This document shows, piece by piece, positions 8,678-18,463 of a stretch of 64,000 nt of DNA (positions are counted from its first letter, which is position 1; each line of letters starts with the position of its first letter). The stretch lies in contig DUBN01000073.1 of assembly GCA_012960315.1 (NCBI GenBank), positions 5,174 to 69,173 of the forward strand. Reading direction: 5' to 3'. The translations under genes were made by a program, and so were the position numbers. Origin of the DNA: Acidimicrobiia bacterium. Lineage in GTDB: Bacteria > Actinomycetota > Acidimicrobiia > Acidimicrobiales > Poriferisodalaceae. The notes beneath the pieces are model-generated. The model saw nothing but the letters and a program-made list of their open reading frames with translations. It was not told the origin of the DNA and searched no databases.

Positions 8678-10513
8678 ATGGAACCAGCAGGACAAGGCGC
8701 TTCCCTTCGCAAATTTGGCCCGCTTGTCGCCCTTTCGGTAGCAGCAGTTGTCGTCGTGATCATCGTCGTCACCGGCAGCGACAACGATGACGTTCAACAA
8801 CCAATTACGCAGAAATCAACTTCCGCTCAAGTAGATGGCGGGGCTGAACCGGAGAGCGAGGCGCAGGAGAAGGCATCCGAGGACGGTAGCGAGCCAGAAT
8901 CTGAGGACGTGGCTCCAACGACTACTGCGCCAAGAGCCCTAGGCACAGACTGGGGTCCTGATACCGGTTTCAGACCCGGAGTTATGTTCTTGGATCGAGC
9001 GGAAGAGCTCGGCCTAGAAATTGAGTGGGGTGAGCGTTGTGACATTGACCGAGGAACCTTGGCCATTCCCAGCTTCTTCGCTGGTGCTTGCGCTGCACCA
9101 TACGAGGGATGGAACGGTGGGGAAACAGATCGAGGTGTAACTGAAGACAGCATCCGAATCGTTTGGTGGCTCGCTCAAGATGTAGACCCAGTCATGGCTT
9201 ACCTCACTTCAGCTATTTACAACGACGACACAACTGCCGATGACGAGCACACGATCCGTGGACTGCTTGAGTACTACGAGACCTACTACGAGACCTACGG
9301 GCGAAGCGTCGACCTCACGATAATGATTGGCTCGGGCAACATTCTGGATGCAGCGGCGGCACGGGCGGATGCCGTGAAGGTCGATGAAGAACTTGACCCT
9401 TTCATGGTGATTGGTGGCCCAACTCTCACGAACGCGTTTGCGGAAGAGCTACACGCCAGAGGAATACCTTGCATCTCTTGTGGCCCTGGACAGACACCCG
9501 AGTACTACCGCGAGCGACCAGGTATGGCCTACACCCTAGGGAAAGGGCCTCAACAGTTGAACATGCTGGTCGCCGAGTACATCGGAAAGCGCTTGGCAGG
9601 AGACCCTGCTATTCACGCTGGGGATGCTTCGATGCGTGCCCGGCAACGACAATTTGGTCGAATATGGAATCTCGCGAGTCGAGCGTCGGTTGACTCCAAT
9701 GCGCAGTTCGAAGAACTCCTAGCGGGATATGACGTAGAAGTAGTCGAATCGCAGTCCTACGTTCTTGACCCGGCCACCCTTCAAGAATCAGCCGGTACGA
9801 TTATCGCGAGAATGAAAGAAGCCGGCGTAACGTCGGTCATCTTTAACGGTGATCCGATTGCGCCTCGCGATTTCACCAACGAGGCTGCTGCGCAGGATTA
9901 TTGGCCAGAGTGGATTGTGACTGGATCGGTGCTGGTTGACACAACCGCATTCGCTCGGACATACCACCAGCAACAGTGGTCTCACGCATTCGGTATTTCG
10001 AACCTGAACGCTCGAGTCGACAGAAGTGTTGCCTCTTCACATTTCCTTTACGAATGGTTCCATGGTGAGCCTCCACGGGCGAACGACAACATCGGAATTA
10101 TTGATCCGGCGCCGGGTCTGTTCTACGCGGTTCTCCAAGCGGTCGGACCGGAACTAACGATTGAAGGCTTCAACGAAGCCGTGTTCTCCGCGGACCCTAC
10201 GAGAAGCGCGGTGACGGCTCCCAGCCTTTCTTACGGGGACAAAGATCGGTGGCCTGATTCACAGGAACCCGATTACCACGGTGTTGACGATATCGCCGAA
10301 ATTTGGTGGGATCCTACGGTGGAGGGACTTGACGAGATCGACCGCGATGGCCGAGGAATGTGGCAGTTCGTAAATGGGGGTCAAAGGTATCTCCTGGGTG
10401 AAATACCAGATGGTGCTCCTCAGGCGTTTGAACTCGAAGGCGCGGTTACTATCTACCTGTCTCCGCCGGCAACTGAGGCTTCGCCGAGTTATGAGCCGCT
10501 GTCGAGCCGCTAG
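8678..10513 (+). CDS. Membrane-anchored extracytoplasmic solute-binding protein (type I periplasmic-binding-fold-like), probable partner of the Liv-type transporter
   Basis: N-terminal hydrophobic anchor (FGPLVALSVAAVVVVIIVVTG, no lipobox Cys), then an acidic Glu/Ser linker. The remaining ~500 aa loosely resemble Leu/Ile/Val-binding-type proteins (RSVDLTIMIGSGN...DPFMVIGGPTLTNAFAEELHARGIPCIS). It sits directly after the permease and ATPase genes. Confidence 0.5.
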   Translation: MEPAGQGASLRKFGPLVALSVAAVVVVIIVVTGSDNDDVQQPITQKSTSAQVDGGAEPESEAQEKASEDGSEPESEDVAPTTTAPRALGTDWGPDTGFRPGVMFLDRAEELGLEIEWGERCDIDRGTLAIPSFFAGACAAPYEGWNGGETDRGVTEDSIRIVWWLAQDVDPVMAYLTSAIYNDDTTADDEHTIRGLLEYYETYYETYGRSVDLTIMIGSGNILDAAAARADAVKVDEELDPFMVIGGPTLTNAFAEELHARGIPCISCGPGQTPEYYRERPGMAYTLGKGPQQLNMLVAEYIGKRLAGDPAIHAGDASMRARQRQFGRIWNLASRASVDSNAQFEELLAGYDVEVVESQSYVLDPATLQESAGTIIARMKEAGVTSVIFNGDPIAPRDFTNEAAAQDYWPEWIVTGSVLVDTTAFARTYHQQQWSHAFGISNLNARVDRSVASSHFLYEWFHGEPPRANDNIGIIDPAPGLFYAVLQAVGPELTIEGFNEAVFSADPTRSAVTAPSLSYGDKDRWPDSQEPDYHGVDDIAEIWWDPTVEGLDEIDRDGRGMWQFVNGGQRYLLGEIPDGAPQAFELEGAVTIYLSPPATEASPSYEPLSSR

Positions 10514-10610
10514 AAAGTGGCTCGGAGTCAAGTCATGCTTGTGGCCTTACCTGCGAAGGACCTCTAACATCGCAGAGCGCAACGAGGCCGAAAGGTAGGT
10601 AACGGGCACC

Positions 10611-11534
10611 GTGCAGAACACATCGCTTTCCCCACAGCGCCGTAGCTATCTGGATTCACTGGAATCAGAAGCTATTTACGTGTTCCGAGAAGTCGTTAGC
10701 CAATTTCGACGACCCGTCATGCTGTATTCGATTGGTAAAGACTCATCCGTGCTTTTGCATTTAGCGCGAAAAGCCTTCCACCCCGGTCCGGTCCCTTTCC
10801 CGCTACTGCATATCGACACGACTTGGAAGTTCAAAGAGATGATCGAATTTCGTGATCGAATCTGCGCCGAACTCGGTTTGGAATTACTGGTACACAGCAA
10901 TCCTGAAGGTTTAGCTGCTCAAATCAACCCGTTCGACCACGGATCCCAAACATATACCGACATCATGAAAACCGATGCTCTGAAACAGGCGTTGACTCAG
11001 GGAAACCACGACGCAGCCTTCGGTGGTGCGCGCCGAGACGAAGAACGTTCAAGGGCCAAGGAAAGAATCTTTAGCTTCCGAGACGCCAATCACCGCTGGG
11101 ACCCCAAGAGACAGAGACCCGAACTATGGAATCTGTATAACGGAAAGGTCTCAGATGGGGAAAGTATTCGTGTCTTTCCCATCAGCAATTGGACCGAACT
11201 CGACGTTTGGCACTACATCCATCTTGAAAAAATTGAGATAGTTCCGCTCTACCTCGCAGCGCCCCGGCCGATCGTGGAGCGCGATAAGAACTTAATCATG
11301 GTCGACGACGCTCGATTCCCGTTAACGCCAAGGGAGCAACCGCGCACGCGTTGGGTGCGTTTTCGAACCTTGGGCTGTTATCCGCTATCAGGAGCCATCG
11401 AATCCATGGCTTCCACCGTTCCAGAAGTTATTCAGGAAATGCTTTTGGATCGGCACTCCGAACGTCAAGGCAGAATTATCGATCATGACCAACTTGCGTC
11501 AATGGAAGAAAAGAAACGTGAAGGGTATTTTTGA
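10611..11534 (+). CDS. cysD: Sulfate adenylyltransferase subunit 2
   Basis: The N terminus [19 protein letters not shown]...[20 protein letters not shown]...[18 protein letters not shown] matches the PAPS-reductase-fold CysD pattern. Stop TGA 11532-11534 overlaps the next start (TGATG). Confidence 0.95.
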   Translation: MQNTSLSPQRRSYLDSLESEAIYVFREVVSQFRRPVMLYSIGKDSSVLLHLARKAFHPGPVPFPLLHIDTTWKFKEMIEFRDRICAELGLELLVHSNPEGLAAQINPFDHGSQTYTDIMKTDALKQALTQGNHDAAFGGARRDEERSRAKERIFSFRDANHRWDPKRQRPELWNLYNGKVSDGESIRVFPISNWTELDVWHYIHLEKIEIVPLYLAAPRPIVERDKNLIMVDDARFPLTPREQPRTRWVRFRTLGCYPLSGAIESMASTVPEVIQEMLLDRHSERQGRIIDHDQLASMEEKKREGYF

Positions 11535-13450
11535 TGTTTGAGCGCGATCCGCTCATCGAATCTGACATCGCCGCGTATCTCGATCAGCGAATTCAAAAAG
11601 ATTTGGTGCGGTTTATTACCTGCGGAAGCGTTGATGATGGAAAGTCCACCCTCATTGGCCGTTTGCTACACGACTCACAACTCATCGCAGATGACCATCT
11701 CGAGACATTAAAAGCTGACTCTCAGCTCGGAGTGGGTAACGGCGACATCGATTTCTCTCTCGTCACTGACGGACTGAAAGCGGAAAGGGAGCAAGGAATC
11801 ACCATCGACGTCGCCTACCGGTATTTCGCGACGCGACACCGAAATTTCATCATCGCTGATACGCCGGGTCATGAGCAATACACCCGAAACATGGCGACTG
11901 GAGCATCGACGGCGGACCTGGCTGTGATTCTGGTAGACGCTCGAAAAGGAGTGGTACAACAGACGCGGCGACATTCCTATATTGCGGTGCTTTTGGGTGT
12001 GAAACATTTAGTCATCGCGGTGAACAAAATGGATCTTGTTGATTATTCCGAGGACCAGTTTTTGGAAATCATTGCCGATTACAACAAACACTCCGCAAAC
12101 CTCGGCATCGGATCGCTTGAGTACATTCCCATCTCGGCGTTGCACGGTGACAATGTTGTGGAAGCGAGTGCGGCAATGCCGTGGTTCTCTGGCCAGCCGC
12201 TGATCGATTATCTCAACGCAGTAAATGTCACTGAACCCGCTAAAGCTGTTGAGTTTCGCCTTCCCATTCAACTGGTTCTTCGTTCACACGCAGATTTCAG
12301 AGGATACGCGGGGAGTATCACCTCGGGACAGGTCCGTCCCGGCGATCGAGTCACTGCGCTCCCCTCTGGTATTTCATCCACCGTGGAACGCATAGTGACG
12401 TTTAACGGCGATCTCAAGGTGGCGTCGGCGGGTGATGCTGTCACTTTGACTCTTGGCGATGAAATTGACATGAGTCGCGGAGATCTCCTCGTCAAAGAGA
12501 ACGGGAAAGTCGAATTCGATGCCTCTGTTGAGGCCATGATCATTTGGATGGATGAGAAACCATTAGCTCTCGGGGAGCAGCTAATTCTGCAATCACATCA
12601 CGGCACCGCAAACGTGACGGTTGACGCGATTCGGTACCTATTGGACGTGAATACAGGAAAAGAAGCGAAAACAGCAGTGCTTCAACTTAATGACATCGCC
12701 CACTGTGCGATAAGTGCCGATCGCAAAATGCTTTTCGAGTCTTATGAGACTAACCGTGCTGGAGGTTCTTTTATCCTGATTGACCGGGTTCGTAACTCCA
12801 CCGTTGCTGCCGGGATGATTTCGGGTCCGGTATCTCCCTGGGATCAAACGCCCAAAGACTCGCTCGAAGTGCAGGCATCAACGATTGCGGCGGGAGAACG
12901 GCAGATTCGCTATCGACAACATCCTTGCACCATCTTATTAACCGGACTCACCGGAGCTGGAAAAAGCACGCTTGCTACCGCTCTCGAGCGCTGTTTGTTC
13001 GACCGCGGAAACTCAATCGTGCGGTTGGATGGCGAAAACGTGCGCCTTGGAATTAGCAAGGATCTCGGCTTTACAGCTGTGGATCGTTCCGAAAATCTTC
13101 GCCGTGTCGCAGAAATCGCGCACCTAATGAACAGTCAAGGACTGATCGCAATAGCAGCTTTAGTCGCGCCGCAGGCCAACGCACGCGCACGGGCTCAACA
13201 GTTAGTCGGAGCTGACCAATGGATTGAAGTGTTTCTCGACACGCCACTGGCAGTTTGCCGAGATCGGGACACAACTGGCCTGTATGAAGCGGCTGAACGT
13301 GGTGACATCGAAGAATTTCCGGGAGTTTCAGCTGCCTACGAGGCACCGGAAGATGCTGATTTGCGTTTAGATACTGCTGGCATGACAGTGGACCAGTGCG
13401 TGAACGCCATTGTCGAACTTCTGATTGAGAAGGGCTTTGTTGATGGTTGA
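11534..13450 (+). CDS. cysNC: Sulfate adenylyltransferase subunit 1 (GTPase) fused to an APS-kinase-like C-terminal domain
   Basis: GTPase motifs GSVDDGKST, DTPGHEQY and NKMD, then an EF-Tu-like beta-barrel region, then a P-loop kinase-like domain (LTGLTGAGKST...LDGENVRLGISKDLGFT...RSENLRRVAEIA). ATG 11534 (TTG 11531 is also possible). Confidence 0.93.
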   Translation: MFERDPLIESDIAAYLDQRIQKDLVRFITCGSVDDGKSTLIGRLLHDSQLIADDHLETLKADSQLGVGNGDIDFSLVTDGLKAEREQGITIDVAYRYFATRHRNFIIADTPGHEQYTRNMATGASTADLAVILVDARKGVVQQTRRHSYIAVLLGVKHLVIAVNKMDLVDYSEDQFLEIIADYNKHSANLGIGSLEYIPISALHGDNVVEASAAMPWFSGQPLIDYLNAVNVTEPAKAVEFRLPIQLVLRSHADFRGYAGSITSGQVRPGDRVTALPSGISSTVERIVTFNGDLKVASAGDAVTLTLGDEIDMSRGDLLVKENGKVEFDASVEAMIIWMDEKPLALGEQLILQSHHGTANVTVDAIRYLLDVNTGKEAKTAVLQLNDIAHCAISADRKMLFESYETNRAGGSFILIDRVRNSTVAAGMISGPVSPWDQTPKDSLEVQASTIAAGERQIRYRQHPCTILLTGLTGAGKSTLATALERCLFDRGNSIVRLDGENVRLGISKDLGFTAVDRSENLRRVAEIAHLMNSQGLIAIAALVAPQANARARAQQLVGADQWIEVFLDTPLAVCRDRDTTGLYEAAERGDIEEFPGVSAAYEAPEDADLRLDTAGMTVDQCVNAIVELLIEKGFVDG

Positions 13451-14048
13451 GGACCCGAAATCGAGCAATATCACTCGATCAGAGGGGTTGATCGATGCGG
13501 AAGCCAGGAACCTCCGATCGGGACATGGATCTTGCACCGTTTGGTTTACCGGCCTTTCGGGATCAGGAAAATCTACGCTCGCTCTTGCTTTAGAGGCAGA
13601 ACTTCATTCTCGTAAGGTGGGGAGTTACGTCTTAGACGGTGACAATATCCGGTTTGGCCTCAACCGTGATTTGGGCTTTACGGCTGCGGATAGAACTGAG
13701 AACATTCGCAGAGTTGGAGAAGTAGCACGGCTCTTCTGCGACTCGGGATTAATTGTTCTTACTGCCTTCATATCTCCATACCTTCGTGACCGAGAGCTGG
13801 TTCGGAGTCTGCACACACCTTCGACGTTCATGGAGGTGTACCTAAACACCCCGCTTGAAGAATGTGAGCGGCGCGACGAAAAAGGTTTGTACCGCAAGGC
13901 CCGCAACGGAGAAATCGAAGAATTCACCGGGATTTCCGCCCCTTATGAGCCACCGGTAGACCCTGAACTAGTTGTCGATACGCGACGACCGCTGAAAGAA
14001 TGCGTGAACGACGTATTGGCGATGTTGTCAAGTCGCCGCACTATTTGA
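13443..14048 (+). CDS. cysC: Adenylylsulfate (APS) kinase, canonical stand-alone copy
   Basis: Motifs FTGLSGSGKST, LDGDNIRFGLNRDLGFTAADRTENIRRVGEVARLF, LTAFISPYLRDR and KGLYRKARNGEI. ATG 13443 overlaps the cysNC stop (ATGGTTGA); the longest ORF starts at 13425. Confidence 0.93.
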   Translation: MVEDPKSSNITRSEGLIDAEARNLRSGHGSCTVWFTGLSGSGKSTLALALEAELHSRKVGSYVLDGDNIRFGLNRDLGFTAADRTENIRRVGEVARLFCDSGLIVLTAFISPYLRDRELVRSLHTPSTFMEVYLNTPLEECERRDEKGLYRKARNGEIEEFTGISAPYEPPVDPELVVDTRRPLKECVNDVLAMLSSRRTI

Positions 14049-14058
14049 AGAAGAGGGA

Positions 14059-15006
14059 ATGGCAATGTCGAATGGTTCATGGATGACCTCCGAACAACAT
14101 CGAGAACTTTTCGAGTCAGTCAAGAATTGGGGTCGCTGGGGGCCCGAAGATGAAGCTGGCGCCCTGAACTTGATTACTCCAGAACTGCGGGCCGCCGCGG
14201 CTGCGGAGGTCGTTCATGGCCAAGCTGTTAGTTGCGCGCGAGAATTGCCGGTCGAGCCCAATGCTGAGAATCGCCACCCCGCGCTTCACATGATGGTGAG
14301 GGGCGGTGACGATTGTGTATCGCCAAGCATAAATATGGAATCGACTGGTGACTTCGTTGGTGTCGCATTCCACGGAATGGCAACTTCCCATATAGACGCC
14401 TTGTGTCATGTCTTTGTCGACAAACGCATGTACAACGATTTCGGTGCTGAAACTGTGAAGAGCACCGGAGCCACTCGCTGCAGCATCATGGCCGCTTCTG
14501 ACGGGGTGGTAGGGCGCGGGGTGTTCTTAGATGTGCCCAGACTTAGAGGAGTCGAATGGCTCGAACCTGGAGACGCCGTCACTTCTGAGGAGTTGGAGGC
14601 TTGCGAAAAAGCCCAAAACGTCTCTGTGGGAAGCGGCGACATCTTGCTCGTTGGTACCGGTCGAGACGCTCGCAGAGCTGAACTCGGCCCCTGGCATCCT
14701 TTCCAGGTGGGGATGGCTGGTTTGCATCCGGATTGCATTTCGTGGCTACGAGAGCGTGACGTCTCCGTTCTCGGCTGCGATGGAGTGAGCGACGTGCTAC
14801 CCGGAAATCACCCAGCAGAGTGGGTGATGCCGATTCATCAAACGGTCATCGTTGCGATGGGGGTACACCTTTTAGACAACCTACGTTTGGATCGTCTTGC
14901 TTCGGCTTGCCAGAAACATTCCAAATGGAGTTTCCTTTTCACTGTGGCGCCGCTCCGAGTTGAAGGCGGCACAGGATCACCAGCGAACCCTATTGCTCTG
15001 CTCTGA
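14059..15006 (+). CDS. Cyclase-family protein (kynurenine-formamidase-like metal hydrolase fold)
   Basis: Motifs NWGRWGPEDEAGALNLIT and FHGMATSHIDALCHV (the H-x-x-x-x-H-x-D-x-x-x-H type block) are typical of putative-cyclase family proteins. The RBS AGAGGGA ends at 14058, so ATG 14065 is an equally plausible start. Confidence 0.78.
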   Translation: MAMSNGSWMTSEQHRELFESVKNWGRWGPEDEAGALNLITPELRAAAAAEVVHGQAVSCARELPVEPNAENRHPALHMMVRGGDDCVSPSINMESTGDFVGVAFHGMATSHIDALCHVFVDKRMYNDFGAETVKSTGATRCSIMAASDGVVGRGVFLDVPRLRGVEWLEPGDAVTSEELEACEKAQNVSVGSGDILLVGTGRDARRAELGPWHPFQVGMAGLHPDCISWLRERDVSVLGCDGVSDVLPGNHPAEWVMPIHQTVIVAMGVHLLDNLRLDRLASACQKHSKWSFLFTVAPLRVEGGTGSPANPIALL

Positions 15007-15023
15007 CGGTTGACCCGCAGTGT

Positions 15024-16856
15024 TTAATCGACCACAGCGCCATCTAATCGGCCGTCTTCTCTCCAGTCATGAAGAATGCGATGGAAGCGAAGAGGGCCAG
15101 CACCGTAGCTAGTTGTGAAAAAGCCGTCCGGATTGCCGGTTTTTCCTTCGTTGTTGTAATAACCGGGGGTGCATTCAGCGCGGAAACGTTCCCCGAGCTG
15201 GGACTTGTCTTCAATTTCGTCAACCCAGAACTGCTCACCTTCCGCAGTGGCTTCAATAGTGGTGCCACCTTGATCTCTAACTTGAGAAATTAAGTAAGAG
15301 ATGTGCATCGCTTGCTCGTTGAGGGCTTGTGGAACGTTGACGGTGACCGCTGTATGAGTGAAGCCAAGAAAAAAACAATTCGGGAAATCTGTTGTTTGCA
15401 TTCCGTGCAATGTGCGTGGGCCGTTCTCCCACTTTTGACTCAGCGTCAACCCAGCTCTGCCGACTATGTCGTAACCTGCTCGTCGGGTATAGCCGGTACC
15501 AACTTCGAACCCAGTGGCGAAAATAATGCAGTCAACTTCGTATTCAACCCCGTTGGCTACAAGGCCAGTCGGGGTGATGCGCTCCACGCCTTTGCCATCA
15601 GTATCAACCAGAGTCACATTTGGCCGGTTGAAAGTAGGTAGGTACTCGTCATGGAAGCAAGGTCGTTTACAAAATTGTCGGTACCAAGGCTTCAAAGCCT
15701 CGGCAGTCGCGGCGTCCTCCACCGTCTCGTCTACACGCCGTCGAACAGTATTCATCTTCTGGTAGTCAGCCATCTTCATCAGATGGCCTTTCTCGCGGCC
15801 CGTGATGCGGCGGCCAAGCTTTCGCCCAGCCAACTTGGCGGCCGTTCCAGTCAAGTTCCGGAAAATGTCAGTCCAACCATCAGACACCAGATCTTCGTCT
15901 TGATCGCCGCCACTGACGAGCGTGTTGAAGTTCTCCATCCGCCGATATTGCCAACCCGGTTCTAATGATTCCGCCCAGTCGGGGTCAGTTTCGCGATTGT
16001 TTCGCACATCAACTGATGATGGGGTTCGTTGGAAAACGTACAAATGTTCAGAAGACTCGCCAAGGTGAGGAACGCATTGGATGGCAGTAGCGCCGGTACC
16101 AATAATTGCAACCTTCTTGTCACTTAGCCCACTCAAGTTTCCGCTGTTGTCGCCCCCTGTGTAGTCATAATCCCATCGACTCGTGTGGAACGTGTGTCCT
16201 TCAAACGCGTCAATGCCGGCGATGCCGGGGAGTTTGGGGCGATTGAGGGGGCCATTTGCCATCGCGACGAATTGAGCCTGCATGCGATCGCCGCGGTCGG
16301 TTTCAATAATCCATCGAGCGATACTCTCATCCCAACTCAGTTTCGTAACTGATGTGCCGAAGCAAGCGTTCTTGTAGAGGTCATAGTGGTGGGCGATATT
16401 TTGAGTGTGCTCCATGATTTCTGGCGCGAACGAATATTTGTGTTTGGGTATGTAGTCGAGTTCTTCAAGCATCGGGAGGTAGCAGTAACTCTCAACGTCA
16501 CACATCGCTCCCGGGTACCGATTCCAGTACCAGGTACCGCCGAAATCTCCACCGCGTTCAATGACCCTGATGTCTTCAAACCCGGCTTCTCGCAGACGTC
16601 CGCCCATAAGTAACCCACCGAAGCCGCCGCCAATAATGGCGATCTGAACCTCATCGAACAGTGGTGCTCTATCAGTTACTTCCTCATAGGGATCGTCAAG
16701 GTATTTCGCGAACTCGCCACTGGTTTCCACGTATTGCCCGTTGTGATCGTCGCGGAGTCGCCTATCGCGCTCGGAGAGGTATTTCGCATGTAGTTCCTGG
16801 GGGTCAAAATCGATCTCGCCTAAGACAGCGGTAACGACGTCGTGCATCTCGTCCAT
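15024..16856 (-). CDS. Type I Baeyer-Villiger monooxygenase (long, HAPMO/CPDMO-like with N-terminal extension)
   Basis: FAD Rossmann motif IAIIGGGFGG and the block GDFGGTWYWNRYPGAMCDVESYCY. BVMO fingerprint FEGHTFHTSRWD. Second Rossmann motif VAIIGTGATA. 610 aa. Confidence 0.9.
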   Translation of the reverse strand: MDEMHDVVTAVLGEIDFDPQELHAKYLSERDRRLRDDHNGQYVETSGEFAKYLDDPYEEVTDRAPLFDEVQIAIIGGGFGGLLMGGRLREAGFEDIRVIERGGDFGGTWYWNRYPGAMCDVESYCYLPMLEELDYIPKHKYSFAPEIMEHTQNIAHHYDLYKNACFGTSVTKLSWDESIARWIIETDRGDRMQAQFVAMANGPLNRPKLPGIAGIDAFEGHTFHTSRWDYDYTGGDNSGNLSGLSDKKVAIIGTGATAIQCVPHLGESSEHLYVFQRTPSSVDVRNNRETDPDWAESLEPGWQYRRMENFNTLVSGGDQDEDLVSDGWTDIFRNLTGTAAKLAGRKLGRRITGREKGHLMKMADYQKMNTVRRRVDETVEDAATAEALKPWYRQFCKRPCFHDEYLPTFNRPNVTLVDTDGKGVERITPTGLVANGVEYEVDCIIFATGFEVGTGYTRRAGYDIVGRAGLTLSQKWENGPRTLHGMQTTDFPNCFFLGFTHTAVTVNVPQALNEQAMHISYLISQVRDQGGTTIEATAEGEQFWVDEIEDKSQLGERFRAECTPGYYNNEGKTGNPDGFFTTSYGAGPLRFHRILHDWREDGRLDGAVVD

Positions 16857-16936
16857 GCCCCGACACTACCCGAAACCTAACCGCAGTTAGTTAATTGGCT
16901 AAAAATTCAGGCCCAAGAGATCCTTGCCCACGTCGC

Positions 16937-18403
16937 TTACAGGTCGGTACTCGACACCCAGGTCGCATGAGTACCGCTTGAAATTCGCTCAGGAAGTCGA
17001 ATTTTGCACACGGGCCCCTGCATCATCGCAGATGCGTCGAATACCAGTGCTTCAGAAAAGTTGTTGTTCAGATCAGATGCGAAGGTCACTAGGTAACCAT
17101 CATCTTCCGCGCTGGATCCATCTCTCGGAGCCATCACCGTTTCGCTAATGAATACTCCAGGTTCGAACTCAAACAGTTCTTCGGTTCCGGTATCGAGGTC
17201 GTGCTTGATCAGTCCGTCAAACGCGAAGAGTCCCGGTGAACATCGAGCGTTGTAGGAGTATTTGTGCCTTCTGCCGGCGTGACGACCATTGATCATGGGA
17301 AATTCGGCGCAGGTTTCGCTGGTTGGCTCTTCGCGGCATTCGCCAGTGCGGACGTTGAACTTCCAACGATGTGCGCGGGCTTGCAGGACATTCATATCCA
17401 GGGTTTCAAAGCCCTTTAATGGGCCTGTTTGTCTCTCAACTCCCCGTGCGGTGGGGTTGTGTTGGAAGAAACCATCCAAGATGACCCAATCACCGTCCTC
17501 GTATGCGTTCGTCCAATGAAGAACGAAAGTGGGATCGGACTCGAACCAAAGGATGTCTTCAGTTGTGCCGTGCCGCGGAATGAGAGCAAACCGGCTAGGA
17601 AGGTCGCGGTCGAAGACGTTTGAGTAATAGCCATCGGCAAGGGCCTCCGGACTCCAAAAAAGAGGGAGATCATTGAGAATTGACCAGTTCTCAGTGAAGG
17701 CCATGTCATGCGGGAGTCTTGGCCCAGGTAAAGGAATATCTACATGGTCTGTGAGCTGGCCAGCGCGATTGACGACCCCATAGCGAAGATAAGGGGCCTC
17801 AGTGAAATAGCTGAAGAACAACAACTCACCTGTGTGCTCGTCAACTTTGGGATGAGCCGACACGCCTTCAACGGGAAAAAAACCATCCCAAGTGGTTTTG
17901 CCTAAATCTTCCAAGGTTCTGGGATCGAGCCGGTATAACTCGCCACATTGATAAAAGCTGGCTAACGCGACGCCTCCGTGAACGATGACGTCCGTAGATG
18001 CGGTGTCCTTCATTAAAGTTCTGGCACCCCATCCCTCGTCGGCGATCGAATTAGACGGATGTTCAGAAATGCCGGCCCAGAGACTGGCCTTGGTTTCTTG
18101 TTCAGCGAGAAACCCATCGGTTTGGACGAAACGGTTTGCATAACGAGCTTCGCCGTTTTCGAACGAGATGGCATGCATCATGCTGTCGCCGTCAAAGGGG
18201 TGGTACCGCTTTATCGGCTCGAATAGCGGATTCTCGGTGTTCCTTAAGTAAACGCCGTTCAAGTCGTCAGGTATTTCTCCTACAACATCCATGTCCCAAG
18301 CGTCGTACTCGCGGTGTTGGGGTTGCCATATCCCCGACCGGTATGGGTGGTCGTCGTCAGGAGGCAATCCTGGCTCGAATGTTCTATTTAGAGCGATAGT
18401 CAT
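16937..18403 (-). CDS. Carotenoid oxygenase family (carotenoid/stilbene cleavage dioxygenase, RPE65 fold)
   Basis: Blocks RYHPFDGDSMMHAISFENGEARYANRFVQT, VSAHPKVD, PHDMAFTENW and FVLHWTNAYE, with the family's conserved His positions. ATG 18403 lies 6 nt after GGGAG; the track's longer start at 18430 is less likely. Confidence 0.9.
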   Translation of the reverse strand: MTIALNRTFEPGLPPDDDHPYRSGIWQPQHREYDAWDMDVVGEIPDDLNGVYLRNTENPLFEPIKRYHPFDGDSMMHAISFENGEARYANRFVQTDGFLAEQETKASLWAGISEHPSNSIADEGWGARTLMKDTASTDVIVHGGVALASFYQCGELYRLDPRTLEDLGKTTWDGFFPVEGVSAHPKVDEHTGELLFFSYFTEAPYLRYGVVNRAGQLTDHVDIPLPGPRLPHDMAFTENWSILNDLPLFWSPEALADGYYSNVFDRDLPSRFALIPRHGTTEDILWFESDPTFVLHWTNAYEDGDWVILDGFFQHNPTARGVERQTGPLKGFETLDMNVLQARAHRWKFNVRTGECREEPTSETCAEFPMINGRHAGRRHKYSYNARCSPGLFAFDGLIKHDLDTGTEELFEFEPGVFISETVMAPRDGSSAEDDGYLVTFASDLNNNFSEALVFDASAMMQGPVCKIRLPERISSGTHATWVSSTDL

Positions 18404-18463
18404 CGTGTCTCCCAATGATGAGCGTAGCAATGACTTGAACTGACATGGATCTTAAGACACTCC

